Shown here one piece after another: positions 12,399-24,905 of a DNA stretch of 64,000 bases; the stretch's first letter is position 1; the number at the start of each line of letters is the position of its first letter. Under the pieces are notes generated by a model. That model saw only the letters and a program-made list of their open reading frames with translations. It was not told the origin of the DNA and did no database searches. The DNA comes from Tubulanus polymorphus. Lineage: Eukaryota > Animalia > Nemertea. The DNA lies in the NCBI RefSeq assembly GCF_964204645.1, contig NC_134028.1:21448345-21512344 (forward strand), given 5' to 3'. The translations under genes were made by a program, and so were the position numbers.

Positions 12399-13719
12399 AA
12401 AGATGAACTGCTCAATTTACATAGTGTGCGAAGCAAAGATGGCGCTATACAGGGCCTACACGTAACGTCACTGAGCGTCATATTGACCGTAAAGCGCCAT
12501 AAAGTCAAAGTGTATAATTCATATTCACTAATAGTCGTCCACTTCCCTCGTAACTAACCATAGTAAAAATGCAGTCGTGTATTAGGAGCATGTACGTGAG
12601 ATTTGCGGACAAAATCACGATTAGATACCACACAGGCGGCATGAGAGGAAGAGATCGCAGTTTTTATCCGCAATCTCTCCCTCCCGTGTGTGAAATGTCA
12701 TTCTGGCCAAACGAAGCCATCAGACCATTTTGAATGCTTAATGAGACATTCCCACTTGTAAAATAACCCAGCTACATTGACCATAAAAGTTATTTATACA
12801 GTATTTTCAAGTAAATGAAAAAAACATTCACACATTGACCACCACGATCATCGCCCCTTTGCAACGTGTGTCAATGATGTTAAAACGTTATAATCAAGAC
12901 TTGAATCATCAATTGCAAACTTAAATTAATAATTGAAGGCCGCCATATATTTCACTACAAATTTCAATGGTTTTTTAACAATCCATCACAAAGAAGTGCA
13001 AAAGTTCAATGAATCATATAAAATTGATCCCAACTAGACATAGATATTCTAGTAATTTATGGAGGTTATATTGTTTATAACAGAATGTGATGAATGAATA
13101 GTATATTGATATTATATATACATCGGAATCTTCAATGTTAAATTCTTTTACCAAACAAAATCCATAATACGATTTATAGATCAACTACCACAAAATGATA
13201 TTTACCTCTCCTACAATACAGAGACTCATCGGTTATGTCTGGGGGATATTTATACCTATGGGGGGTTTTCCGGGGGTACTATTCCTGTTACCACGCAGAA
13301 TACATTGCAGAAAACCGCGCGAGGACATTCGAAAAGCTAAAAAGGCCCATACGTGTCAGAGTCCCTCATCCCTCACCCCTATCCGATCCTGATAGGCGAT
13401 ATCCCTTTTTCCTTCGACGTATCAGTCGAATAAAACACTCCTATCCGTGTTTCGTGTCGTTCTATGCATTTGTATACATGCTACGGTCATTCCGCCTGAT
13501 GATGGCTGTTTCTTAACAACTGAAATGTTCTGTGGTTTATTGGCTCTGTTCAAGAGCGATTCCAAAAATACATATATAGAGATTCTTATTATGCATTTTT
13601 GGTTGTGTATCAAAGGATCATAAAGTTACGTCACGTGAACTGGTGACGCCATCAGCACAAATAAATTCAGATCCGTCCACTCAAAAAAAACATCTCGGTG
13701 AAATAGGTAATATATCAGT

Positions 13720-13856
13720 TAAATGAAGAAATCCCACACTTCGAATTAAATTATAGGTTAGAATTTATTATTTTGAAACCAAAAATTATTTTCTGGTTTC
13801 AAAATAATAAATTCTATCCTAAATTTTAATTCGAAGTGTGGGATTTCTTCATTTAT
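13720..13856. repeat. Long imperfect palindrome, probable Penelope-like pLTR inverted remnant
   Basis: GAAGAAATCCCACACTTCGAATTAAA...TTTAATTCGAAGTGTGGGATTTCTTC. The end resembles those of the hammerhead-bearing repeats elsewhere in the window. Confidence 0.55.
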
Positions 13857-14431
13857 CTACAGTATACATGGATTATAGTGTTTATTCGACAACTGATATA
13901 TCAGTCTTGGACCATGGGCCCTCAGACTAGTGGGCTGTTCAGAAATATAGATCCTCAAAATTATCTTTCGTGAATTTCAGTTTGGGACTTGCCTAATGAT
14001 AATCCTCAATAGTCACAGAGTTTCAAATATACACAGCGCTATGCATTAACAATATGTACTCCGGATGTTTCTTTCTGACAGTATATCTATGCCATATAGT
14101 TTTTGCATATATTTACATAGTAGGGAATATAAATAGTTGTTATTTCATATGCATACACTATCCCATTACATAATATTTGTCATTTCATTATTCCTGAATA
14201 GATTAACTTTTTCGACTTTCATCTCAATTTTCAAAACACATTTTATAGCGAGTTAGATTGAGTTGACGACAACGATGATACGGCTGCGCAATGGAGTCTG
14301 TAGGTACAACCAGTGAATCTTTGCGCAGCAAATTTTCACACTGAAAGCTTCTTTTATAAATCTAAATTGAAGCTTTACGAATATTAGTGCGTGGAGTGTA
14401 TTAGCTTAAGAAACATCTCATTCACTTCAAC

Positions 14432-15457
14432 ATGTACGGAAATAGGACGACGCCGCAGTTCTCCTCGGGAAGCTCCTTGTGTTCTATAAATTTGAAACTT
14501 CAATACGCTTCATTTCCACTGCATGTCTATATAGGAATTCCTGTATCAGTGATAGGAATCATTCTTAATGTTCTATCAGTCGTCGTTTTGAATCAGATGT
14601 CAACAAAAAGCTTTAATTCAGCATTTTTTCTGTTGAAGTTTCTCAGCGTGGCCGATAGTGCATTTTTGGTCACCGATTTGAACTATAGGGGTTTAAGATA
14701 CCTGATTACGATGATACAACTCGGGTTCGATGTATTCAGGATGTCGTCTGCGATGCAACCACTGATGCTGATTTGTACAGTAACCGCCAGGGGCATAGCT
14801 CTACAGAATCGTAATTGGACGATAGTTCTAATGAGTTTAGACAGACTCGTTCACGTTGTGTTTCCTTTTAAAGCCCTCAAATGGTTCACACGTAGTCGAA
14901 GTCTCGCTGTAGTGATTGCACTGACGTTACTTTCAATTTGTAGTCAAATTTATAAATACTTCTACCTCAGACTTAAATGGGCGAAACGAACTTGTCCCCA
15001 CAGGAAACCCGGTTATAGAGTAATTTTTGGAAGGGTTAATGTATCTGTCGGTCGGTTTTATGGTCCCACGTTAAGTTCGTTGGCACCGTTAATGTTTCTC
15101 GCCGCGTTCGCAGTCGCAACGCTGATCTTAACAATGCAAATACGCAGGCGTCAAAAGGAAGTGGCTGCTAGTACTAGCGACAAAAATTCGACGCAAGCGA
15201 TGAAAATGACATTATGTATCATAGGTTTACATGCATTGTTTGAATTGCCCGGTGGTATAAACAACATTCTGATCGGTTTGAAACGTTATAAAAAGATTAA
15301 ATATCCAGTTGAAGGAATTACAGATCCCGTGGTAGGTCTACTCAATAGAATCGATTCGGTAAGTAATTTCATTATTTTTGTTCTAGCTAGTCCTTCCTTC
15401 CGTAAATCGTTAAAGAATACTCTGTTCAAATGTCGATCAACATACTCACAAAGATGA
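14432..15457 (+). CDS. FMRFamide-receptor-like class A GPCR, copy 3 (341 aa, intact)
   Basis: Single-exon 7TM ORF with the same motifs as copy 2, an N-terminal NRT sequon and a Cys after helix 8 (LFKC). Confidence 0.92.
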   Translation: MYGNRTTPQFSSGSSLCSINLKLQYASFPLHVYIGIPVSVIGIILNVLSVVVLNQMSTKSFNSAFFLLKFLSVADSAFLVTDLNYRGLRYLITMIQLGFDVFRMSSAMQPLMLICTVTARGIALQNRNWTIVLMSLDRLVHVVFPFKALKWFTRSRSLAVVIALTLLSICSQIYKYFYLRLKWAKRTCPHRKPGYRVIFGRVNVSVGRFYGPTLSSLAPLMFLAAFAVATLILTMQIRRRQKEVAASTSDKNSTQAMKMTLCIIGLHALFELPGGINNILIGLKRYKKIKYPVEGITDPVVGLLNRIDSVSNFIIFVLASPSFRKSLKNTLFKCRSTYSQR

Positions 15458-16177
15458 ACTTCTCGATGTGCATCGTGCGTAAAACAAAGATGATGCCACG
15501 GAGGCTATGGAGGCTATAAACTAGTGAAAATAACAGAATGGCAATTTATTTTCATCAACATGTTACATTATTATAGACACTATTATAAAGAAATGGTTAA
15601 GGAAGAAAAATGTAACAAAATAATGGGCTATCTAGGGCGTGTCTATGGGCGCCAAAATGTCAGCGCCACGTAATTGCAAATGACGTCACGACGGAAACCC
15701 GGAAATAATTAACTAAATAACTAAATTATCTAGAGTACCGTATGTTGACTGCGACATCATTATACTGACTCGATATTTCTACATACATTTTGACTTTTTC
15801 AAACATCTAAAATCTAATTCGGGTAATGAATGACATATATTCATATCATTTTTGTATCTGTTTTATACGGGGTAAATTTGCATGTGAAATGGTGCATCTA
15901 TTTCAGGTTTTTACCCAGACGTCGAGTCATTGAGAATTGTGCGCAAATTTATAGCCGAAACGTAAAAACAGCTAAAGTAGTAACGATGTTTCAAGATAAA
16001 AGAAATTGAATCGAACATTTCTATTTCCGGTTTTCCAAGATGACGCCACAAAAGTGTACGTGACGTCATCTGCTGACATTTCAGTGCATGACTTCGCGGC
16101 GCAAAAAATGTCGCCCATACGTACCCAGAAGCATCCTCACAACATCATTAGATACGTGGAGTTATATCGAGCCGAAT

Positions 16178-19100
16178 TCAGGTCGATATGAACTTGGAAC
16201 GGCGAAACGTACCTGCAAAATATATATGACGTACCGGAATCAATTTACGATTTTGGTAAAACAAATTCTGTGACAATTACATGCAGATATGATAAGTGTT
16301 AAATTCCAATAATCCAAAAGAAATTTGTAGAAATAAATTCACAATAGATTTTATCTTGAATTTGATAATATGTTTCGAATAAAGACTTCCTTCAGGGAAA
16401 TTTGTCGGATAAAATCTAATGGTGGGTTTTAGTTTCCATATAGATATATATACTTGACTAATAAAACGTACCAATGATTTGCCTGCCGTTAACAATTATA
16501 AACAAAGCAACGAATAGCAGTATAGCTACTGAAGTACAGACAATCAGAATGACGTCACCATCAATACTTTGAAATGCACCTTCTACAAATACAGAGTAAC
16601 ATTCAATAACTGAGTATTGAGCATGTTTTGCAAGTTCGAGATATTGTACAATTTTCGTGTAAGATGAATGAGTAGAAAATCCGACAGTGTCATCATACTG
16701 AGCATACGGCCGAAGTGTCTCTTTTTAATCAATCAGTAAATTTCATTTCAGATAAGGTCTTCTATAGACTATTAGTTTTATGCCTCACAAATCGCAAAAG
16801 CGAGGTACATGTATGTTGCAGATATACATATTGTATATTCGCATCTTTCTAAACATTTCGTCTTTATTCCGTAATTAATTGCGGGACTTTGTACTTCACA
16901 AGACAAGTACTGAAAATAAAGGTAGGAGTAAGTTTTACCTTCTACTAAGATGGCGATTACGGACCTCGAATATATGACGTCACCATCGTCAACTAATCTA
17001 ACCGTGTACTTGTAGAGGGCGTTATGGTCGATACGTGCTTGTATCTGACCAATCAGCGACGAGAAATTGAAAGACCGACAACATCCAGGTGTCGCTGCAG
17101 TTGTGTTTGGAGAACAAACCTGAACGCTGACAATAACGTCATCTCGCAGAGGGACTGGTTCTGCTAAATCAACGGTTACTTTATCAGCCGATTGGAAAAT
17201 GACTACAGATTCTATGAATTTCGGTATAAATGCAGAACTAGATTTATTTCCTGAAAATAAAAGAGTTCATTTCAATATGTTACAAAATACTGTTTGGAAA
17301 GAGCAATAAATACATGTATATGAGTCAAACAAGTTACTTAACTAGAGTAGAGTAATAGTTGCATCCAGACGTGGAGAAAGTATGATAAGATTAAAATCCA
17401 CTATATACAAATTTAAATGGTTAAGAGTGAAATTAATTCATCAGGAATTAAGACACGATGTTTCGGGCTCCCTCTAGAGACCCTCGTCAGGTTTCTGACT
17501 CTCTTTCCCTCTAGGTACTCTAAGTTACGTATGTTTGAAGAAATATGTGAAAGGAATTTCGTTTTCATTTCTTTAGGTTTGAATCTTGTTCAGTCACCTT
17601 TAGTTGTGACTGTTATTGTTCCAGAAGGAGCGGTCACCGAGTCATCATTTGATTGTCGACTCCAGTCTTTAACTCTAATCTCATATTCACTGTGTGGTGA
17701 TAAACCTGTTAACTCTGTCTCAGCTCTCACCGTCAGGTGGCGTCTTACACTCGAGGAGTCTACAGCAGATACAATTGAAGTTTTCCAATTGGAAGCTCCA
17801 GCGAGTCGGTAGTCGACCATGAAATACTGATTCTCCTTTGAAGACAACGAGACCCAAGAGAGTTTTGCCGATTCGCTTGAAAAGGATAAAACTTGAAGAT
17901 CCTTTATTCGACTTTGCCAGGCTACAAAATGAAATGAGTTGTAAAGAAATAACCTGCAACTTCAATTACCTTATTTCATTGAGAACGTTAAAATCATACT
18001 GATTATGCCAATTACCAGGGGATATGAGTCGCATATTGAAGTAGGTTTCTAAACCGTTCGTTGTATTTTTTAACCAGCACCTATAAATGCCGTAATCATC
18101 CCATTTAACATTCCATATTTGGATTCTCCACTGTCCGTAGTAATATCTCGTCTCGCCTCTTTTTCCCCAGTTTGTCGGCATTTTTCTGACAACGCGTTTT
18201 GTACCAAATCGACAGGAATTAACGACCGAACGTTGGTTATTCTTACACTTTATATCAACGGTGTCTTTTGGGTTCAGTTGATGATAGAATATCTTGAATT
18301 CGGCTTTTCCACCGATGTATGGTTTTCGTGTAAGGGTAGAGCTTGGGTGATATAATTTCGGGGGCTCTGAAAAATTCTGAACATGATAATGATAATGATG
18401 AATACAGCAAAGCAACGATAACGGGTTTTCTGCTTTGTTAGTTTGAATAAAGTTCGTATACAAATTTCGTCGAAATCGGGTATAAGATACGCAAGCAGGG
18501 TCAAGTGCCAAAAGAGGATCTTTAAAAAATTAGGTGCACTTTTTCTGGTTGAAATTAGAAATTAAATATGCTCACAATTTCACTGTTTTCTAAACAAAAG
18601 TCTTGGGGAGAAAATTCCAAGGTCACTAGGCTGAAAATGAGGTCCCCACCGCGAATCCCTAGATCCGCCACTGCATAACAATGTTCTAAACAATATATAT
18701 TGAACAAACGTTGTTTTTTCAACCTGAATTAAGGTCGTCATTGAAGATGCAGGATTGGATAGACCCATAGATTTATCTTAGGAGCTCGTGACGCTTCATA
18801 GATTACGGCATTGAAACAAGGCAGAAAACCCGTTATCGCTGGTATTGCGGCTATATTCTTTACATACCTTCACACGGTACCAATTTCCCAGTCGTATTCA
18901 ACTTACAATATACTTTAACGATTATCTCGCGTCTATCGTCACCTGCTTTATTCCGTTTAATACAATCATAGAAACCGCCATCCGTTCTTTTGATAGATGG
19001 AAATACGAGTTTGGATTCTTCCCCGATTCTGGCAGGTCTTACCGTCATTCGACCTTCTCGTCTGGCCCAACTGTAGATTAGAGGTTTCAGGGTATCGGGA

Positions 19101-21455
19101 CCATCCCCAGTACACGTAATGACGAGGTCCTGATTATTCTCAACGATAATAGTGGGATTCGACGCATAATGCTCCCAAATGATTGGTCGAGAGGAGTACG
19201 GCTCTAGATCAGTTGCACTTGGTCGAACTGAAAACACAAAAATGTCGAATCTTTTACATAAGATCTTGCGGACTATTTAACACATGGAAAACGACAAAGA
19301 AACTTAGATTAGGCAGCCGAGAAAAATTACACAAACTGGAATCGAATGCGTATGCTTCAAACCGATGTAAATTCGACTGACCTTCTAATTATATATGTAC
19401 TTCAATTTCCGATTCAGAAATTAAACCCCCGGTTTAGTTCCCGACAGGTGTGACTTTAAAGTGGGTTCATTAGGGACTTGCCAATTAATGATCTAATAAA
19501 ATCAATTAACTAATTTTGTCGACAATCTTCCATCAAAACCAAAAGTATACAAGACGTATGCTTACGTACATATGACTTTAATCTGAGTTGATGAATGTAG
19601 AGTGTTGTTATATCTGCAACTCCAAGTTCCATCGTGAGTGTATGATGCTGTAGTGACGAGACCATAAACTGTTCTGGACATCCAATCGCATTCACCGAAA
19701 ACTGTGTGATAGCCCTCATGTCGAGGTGCCTGATGTGAGAAATCAAAGAAAATAGATATGCTATCAACTCATCTGCCTAGGGCAAGAGATCAGAATTTGA
19801 AAGAAAAATCTTCGGGAATAGACCGCACTTAAATCTGTTTTAAGACTGGCGAGACCCCTTTGGCGCGTAATCTCAAACTCAAGCGGTTACAGATCAGTCG
19901 TCAGGAAAGATATTCAAAAAATTTCAACGCAGGCCCAAACTGCAAATAACCCTCTTTAACCTCTGTGAATATTTGAAATATAGCTTAAATGTGTACTTAG
20001 ATATTTCAAAATTAATAGATATCGCGATCTTTTATGCGTGGTTAAGATATGCGGTCCTTTGTTTCACATCGTCACTGCTCTCAATTGTTGAGTTCAAAAC
20101 ATCCAAGAATCACCGGCAAATACCTGCATCTCATTTCCTTTAAAATGGTGTACGAATTAAGTTCGTCGAGTAAGAGACTGCAGAACTATATGATATTCAA
20201 TCTAAACTTATGTTTTAAAAATGAGCGCAAATTATCGCAACAATGGGGACCTCGAGGGACCGCCACAAAATGGCGCTTAGAAACTGGAAACTTCTTTATT
20301 GTTCATTGCGTTGGCTTCAGCAGATGCTAGGCGATTGCCTCAGCAAAGGCACTTTTTTCAAAAAGAGGCACTTTATGTGAATCAGCGCCTGTACAGTACA
20401 AGTCATCAGGATCAGCCTGATCAAAAATTTGAAAAATTCTCAAATTTAATACGAATTTTCCTGGCTTTCCAAAAATGGCATTTCAGATCTTTTGAGTGCC
20501 TCGCGTGAGGCATGTGAGGCAACATAAATCCGCCAGTGAGATGGTCTTAAACTGGTCACAAATCTAAGCCGTGACTGCAACTTCGATCATTAGACTTGTC
20601 TAAAGTTGTTAGATTGGCTACAGAACCAAAATGAGCCGAGACTGGTCATAACTCTTAAGCCACGAGTGTGCAAATGGCCCTTCGGAAACAGAAATTTCTG
20701 CTCACCTCACATTTCCAGTGAGTAAGTTCCACTGTGTATCTCGTAACATTATCACGTGTGTGAACTAAAGTAATAGGTTCACCGCAGAAATCTTCCTTGT
20801 CATCAACGATGCATCTGATCCAAGATCTCTTATTGAATACGGGTTCTTTGGGAACTACTTCTATCGTTATATTAGTGAAAGGTCTACATTCCTCACCTAT
20901 ACGGTCAATAGAAATATATACCGGTACATTGTTTCTATAGGCAATTATTGTTTATGATATACATACATACATTAGAAAAGAAAAATATTATTATGAAGAA
21001 AAACTAAGAAAGTAGTGACGTTTCCTCACGGTCAATAGACATTATCGGTACATGGTTTCTATAGCCAATTACTGTTTATGATATATATACAAAAGAAAAG
21101 AAAAATATTATCATGAAGAAAAACTAAGAAAGTAGTGACGTTTCGACTCGTCTTCATAGCCATTTCTAAAACAGTTTTGAATCTGATCTCGTAATTTCTT
21201 CGTGATAATTGTGGGTTCCTACTTCAATGGAATCAATGGGTCCATGGTGAAAACATACTTGAAAACAGCAAGTTCATTCGAAATGAACTGTGTACAGTGT
21301 ATGATGAAAAAATCGGACATGTGAGCTGAGCGACCTATCTGTACGAACGATTGTATAGAAACAAAAGAAAAAAACTCACAAAAATATAATTCCATAAGCA
21401 TCAACGTCATGACGAACACAACACCAACAATCATAACACAATTGTACATCATCAT
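16178..21455 (-). CDS. Type I membrane protein: signal peptide, 3 Ig-like domains, FN3, a further beta-rich domain, TM, short tail (~639 aa, 9 exons)
   Basis: Exons 21455-21380, 20896-20706, 19729-19570, 19227-18868, 18366-18016, 17921-17598, 17250-16939, 16582-16472, 16212-16178. All are GT-AG with compatible phases (1920 nt total). Ig motifs DGTWSC, DGGFYDC, DYGIYRC; FN3 motif LSW...LTGLSPHSEYEIRV; TM VILIVCTSVAILLFVALFIIV. Confidence 0.8.
17445..17500 (-). ncRNA. Minimal hammerhead ribozyme motif in a Penelope-like remnant
   Basis: Minus strand reads CTGACGA-GGGTCTC tagag GGAGCCC-GAAAC-atcgt-GTC: the CUGANGA/GAAA core, stem II and an NUH triplet. Confidence 0.65.
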
Positions 21456-23465
21456 TACGAACGAATTCTTCTATTTCCTCTCAATATACATATAGATGCA
21501 TATACGTACATATTCCCTCCGGTAGCTTGATTCAAAACATCAGCGAAAAATGTATACAATAACACAGAGTAAGACTGAGAGTTGGTTTTTTATTTAGTAA
21601 AATTAGGTCAATTGATAATTTGTTTTTCGCTTAGCGAAAGCTATATGTTTATAACGAATACCCATTGGCACATAGGGCATTCAGGGCTATGTCACGTCGA
21701 ATAGCGTCGAAATTCTTTTTCGGAATCATTTCTCTTTTTTTACGTTCGGGAGACGAGTATGGAAAGTAAATGTTTGTGTTAATTTCTACTTTTAGTCGTT
21801 CGAATCTTGATTTACCGAGACTAACCCTGGATTGCTCAACCTCACTACCTGGACTATGGCCTTTGAAGTGAGTATGACTCGACTCACCACGTTGCATTTC
21901 GTGGGTGGAAATGTATCGGAAATGCTTTGTACGTTATCGGGAAAATCTTTTTTTAAATATCGTCTATAAACTGTATCCACTGATACCGGTAGAAAAAAAT
22001 GTAAAATTTGACTTTGGTGAGAAACTAAATTCAGTATAGTTTGTTCGTGTTTAAAGCTGACAATATTGTTAACACGAACCGGAACCAAAATTTCCAATTA
22101 TGTAAATTCGACAGATCATCCAACTAAATCTGTACTTCGAATTCCGATTTCAAAATTCAGTCCCCCGCTGTTTTGTTCCCGGCGGGTTTGTAAGGGACTC
22201 ACTTTATCACTTTATCAAATCAAATCAAGTCATTAATCAAATGAAATGAATCGTGGAAGCTGTGAAAATCTAAATGATCACTATTTCAAGCATTTATTGA
22301 TTGACGTTTGTTTAAGCTAATTCCAAGCGTACCGATAACAAAACATGTGTCTTAAGTTTTCAGCTAGCCACAACATTGTTCAGCTAAAAAAGGGAATCGC
22401 TTCCGTTTCCTCTGCACATTCCATCTCGTTATTTCCCGCCATCCCGCCACAGGTTGTTCAGCCACGCACGAACTCTGCGTGCTCACTGTTCGTTGCAAGG
22501 GATCAACGATAACCCTGTCTGGTAACCTCGTCTGCGGTAGTAACTTGGTTGCTGATCGGCGATTTCAGATACTGAGTAGCAGAGCAAAAGTTTATAGCGA
22601 CTGAAAAAAACAAGTTCTGACGTAAGTTGCTTTAAAAAAACATACAGTATATTCACTGAAAATGCACAAGATTGTATCTTAAAACTGAAGGTTCATTCAA
22701 GGATAAATTTGTGCGAGATTATCATTACCTTGACATTCAAACTACAATAACAGTAGAATCAAGGACGAACAATCTATGCAACATTCTTTTAAGAAGGTTC
22801 AAATATACATATGGCTGTACTCCGAGCTTTGATGCAAAACTGTGTGGGCCAAAGGCGAACATCGAAAATCGGAGGTCGATGCATTTGAAAAGTGCAGGTG
22901 GACCCAGTTCCACAGTTGCGAGTTAAGATTTGACTCTGAGTTAACTCCTTGAAAATGAACTGATTTTAACTCAAAGTTAAGTCTAACTCACAACTCGTGG
23001 AACCGGGTCCTGGATCCAGTTTCATGACGGTGAGGTTTGAATTGTTGTGCTTATTGGAAAATCGCAGTTACGTAAACCAAAATCCCACGAGTTTACTTCG
23101 TGAAACCAGGGCAGTTTTTTAGCAACAAAACGGTCACAATCAACAAGATATTTTTTTTCTTATCACACTAACAGACATAAAAAATAAACTCTGCCAATTT
23201 CTCGGAAAGGTTGTAAAAGAATGTGGTTTTCGTATAGTAACACGATTCAAATAAAACGGTTAAAATAATACGCTATCTACTAGTATATATAACCAGTTGT
23301 TCCTACAATTAGTTTGGTTTACGTGAAATACCACACGCCTTCATATTTACACAACCATCAACCGTTTTTTTTTTATCTTGCAGAAACCAGACAGAGGCTT
23401 TTATCATCATTGTGAAAAGGGCAAAAGGAAGGTGCGTCTCGTATTTTGAGAGTTTTCACGAAACG

Positions 23466-24905
23466 ATGGTGATCGCTTATGATGGAAGGATAACTTATGT
23501 TATTCAAGTAATTCAGTTGTCAGTTTGGGCTGTATTGGTGTCTGCTGTACGCCAGAAAACACCCCCAGCAGTTGAAGGTGACGTTTTGCTTATCGGCGGT
23601 AAAAGCCCCAACGAGGGAAATGTACTGATTTATCATAATCACGATTGGGGGTTCGTGTGCGATGACTATTGGGATATCAAAGATTCTACAGTCGTCTGTC
23701 GACAGCTCGGATTCTCCGGAGTTGAATCTACAACTGTTGGCGGTCAATTCAAGCAAGTGCGAAGGAGACGTAGGATATGGTTAGATGACGTACGATGCAC
23801 CGGCGAGGAGAACAAATTAAACCAATGCAACGCATCCAGATGGGGACGTCACAATTGCATAGCTTCCGAGGCGGCTGGCGTCATCTGCCGACAAAAAGAG
23901 GAATTGCCACCGATGGATAGCCCCGTTGACCAAATCAAACCCCCAGATTTAGACTATAAGATCAGATTAGAAGGTGGCCGTGACGAATCTGAAGGCTATG
24001 TACTCGTGTTTATGGACGGAGTTAAAGGGACTATATGTGCCGACGAGAATTGGGGATTGTTAAATGCGAGAGTAGTTTGTCAGGAATTGAATAGAGGCTA
24101 CGGTAGAGGCATAAATAACGATGCATTTTACGGTGGTGCAAATTTACCTAAGCTGATAAGCGGGATCCGGTGTAGAGGCGATGAATCGCGTTTGTCCGAT
24201 TGTTCGTACGTATCCGCAAAGAAAAACGTGAAATGTCGTCAAACGCGAATAGCGGCAGTCCAATGTAGCCACGATCTGCCCGATCTAGTACCAGATATGG
24301 CTTTGATAGAATCGTCTGCGTATATGCAAGACCGACCACTTTTCTATCTACAATGCGCAATGGAGGAAAACTGCCTTTCGCATAGCGCAAATGCGATTTT
24401 TCGTACTCTATCTGATTGGCATATTGAAAGGCGACGCCTACTAAGATTTTCTAGTAGTATACTGAATAACGGTACTGCTGACTTTCGTCCGGATATACCC
24501 AAATACCTTTGGGAATGGCACGATTGTCACGTTCACTATCATAGTATGTCGATTTTCGCACATTACGATGTACTTGACGCTAAAGGTGAAAGCAAAGCTC
24601 AGGGACACAAAGCAAGTTTCTGTCTCGAGGATTCGGCATGTAAAGACGGTATAAAGAAGCGCTACGCGTGCGTTGATTACGGGGATCAAGGTATCACACC
24701 GGGTTGTATGGATAATTATCTACACGATATTGATTGTCAATGGGTGGATGTTACCGATTTGGAAACTGGAAGATACACATTTCGTGTAGTGGTTAACCCT
24801 GAATTCAAGGTTGCTGAATTGGATTATCGAAACAATGTCGTTTCATGTGATATGTATTACTCTGGTTTTCATCTAGACCTGAGAAATTGTCGCTTTGGGC
24901 AATAA
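23466..24905 (+). CDS. LOXL2: Lysyl oxidase-like protein (signal peptide, 2 SRCR domains, LOX catalytic domain); CDS in one exon
   Basis: SRCR motifs WGFVCDDYWD...VVCRQLGF and GTICADENW...VVCQEL. Copper-binding motif WEWHDCHVHYHSM. LTQ-forming Lys in GHKASFCLED and Tyr in DNYLHDIDCQW. A splice acceptor at ~23383 precedes ATG 23466. Orthology within the LOX family is untested. Confidence 0.93.
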   Translation: MVIAYDGRITYVIQVIQLSVWAVLVSAVRQKTPPAVEGDVLLIGGKSPNEGNVLIYHNHDWGFVCDDYWDIKDSTVVCRQLGFSGVESTTVGGQFKQVRRRRRIWLDDVRCTGEENKLNQCNASRWGRHNCIASEAAGVICRQKEELPPMDSPVDQIKPPDLDYKIRLEGGRDESEGYVLVFMDGVKGTICADENWGLLNARVVCQELNRGYGRGINNDAFYGGANLPKLISGIRCRGDESRLSDCSYVSAKKNVKCRQTRIAAVQCSHDLPDLVPDMALIESSAYMQDRPLFYLQCAMEENCLSHSANAIFRTLSDWHIERRRLLRFSSSILNNGTADFRPDIPKYLWEWHDCHVHYHSMSIFAHYDVLDAKGESKAQGHKASFCLEDSACKDGIKKRYACVDYGDQGITPGCMDNYLHDIDCQWVDVTDLETGRYTFRVVVNPEFKVAELDYRNNVVSCDMYYSGFHLDLRNCRFGQ

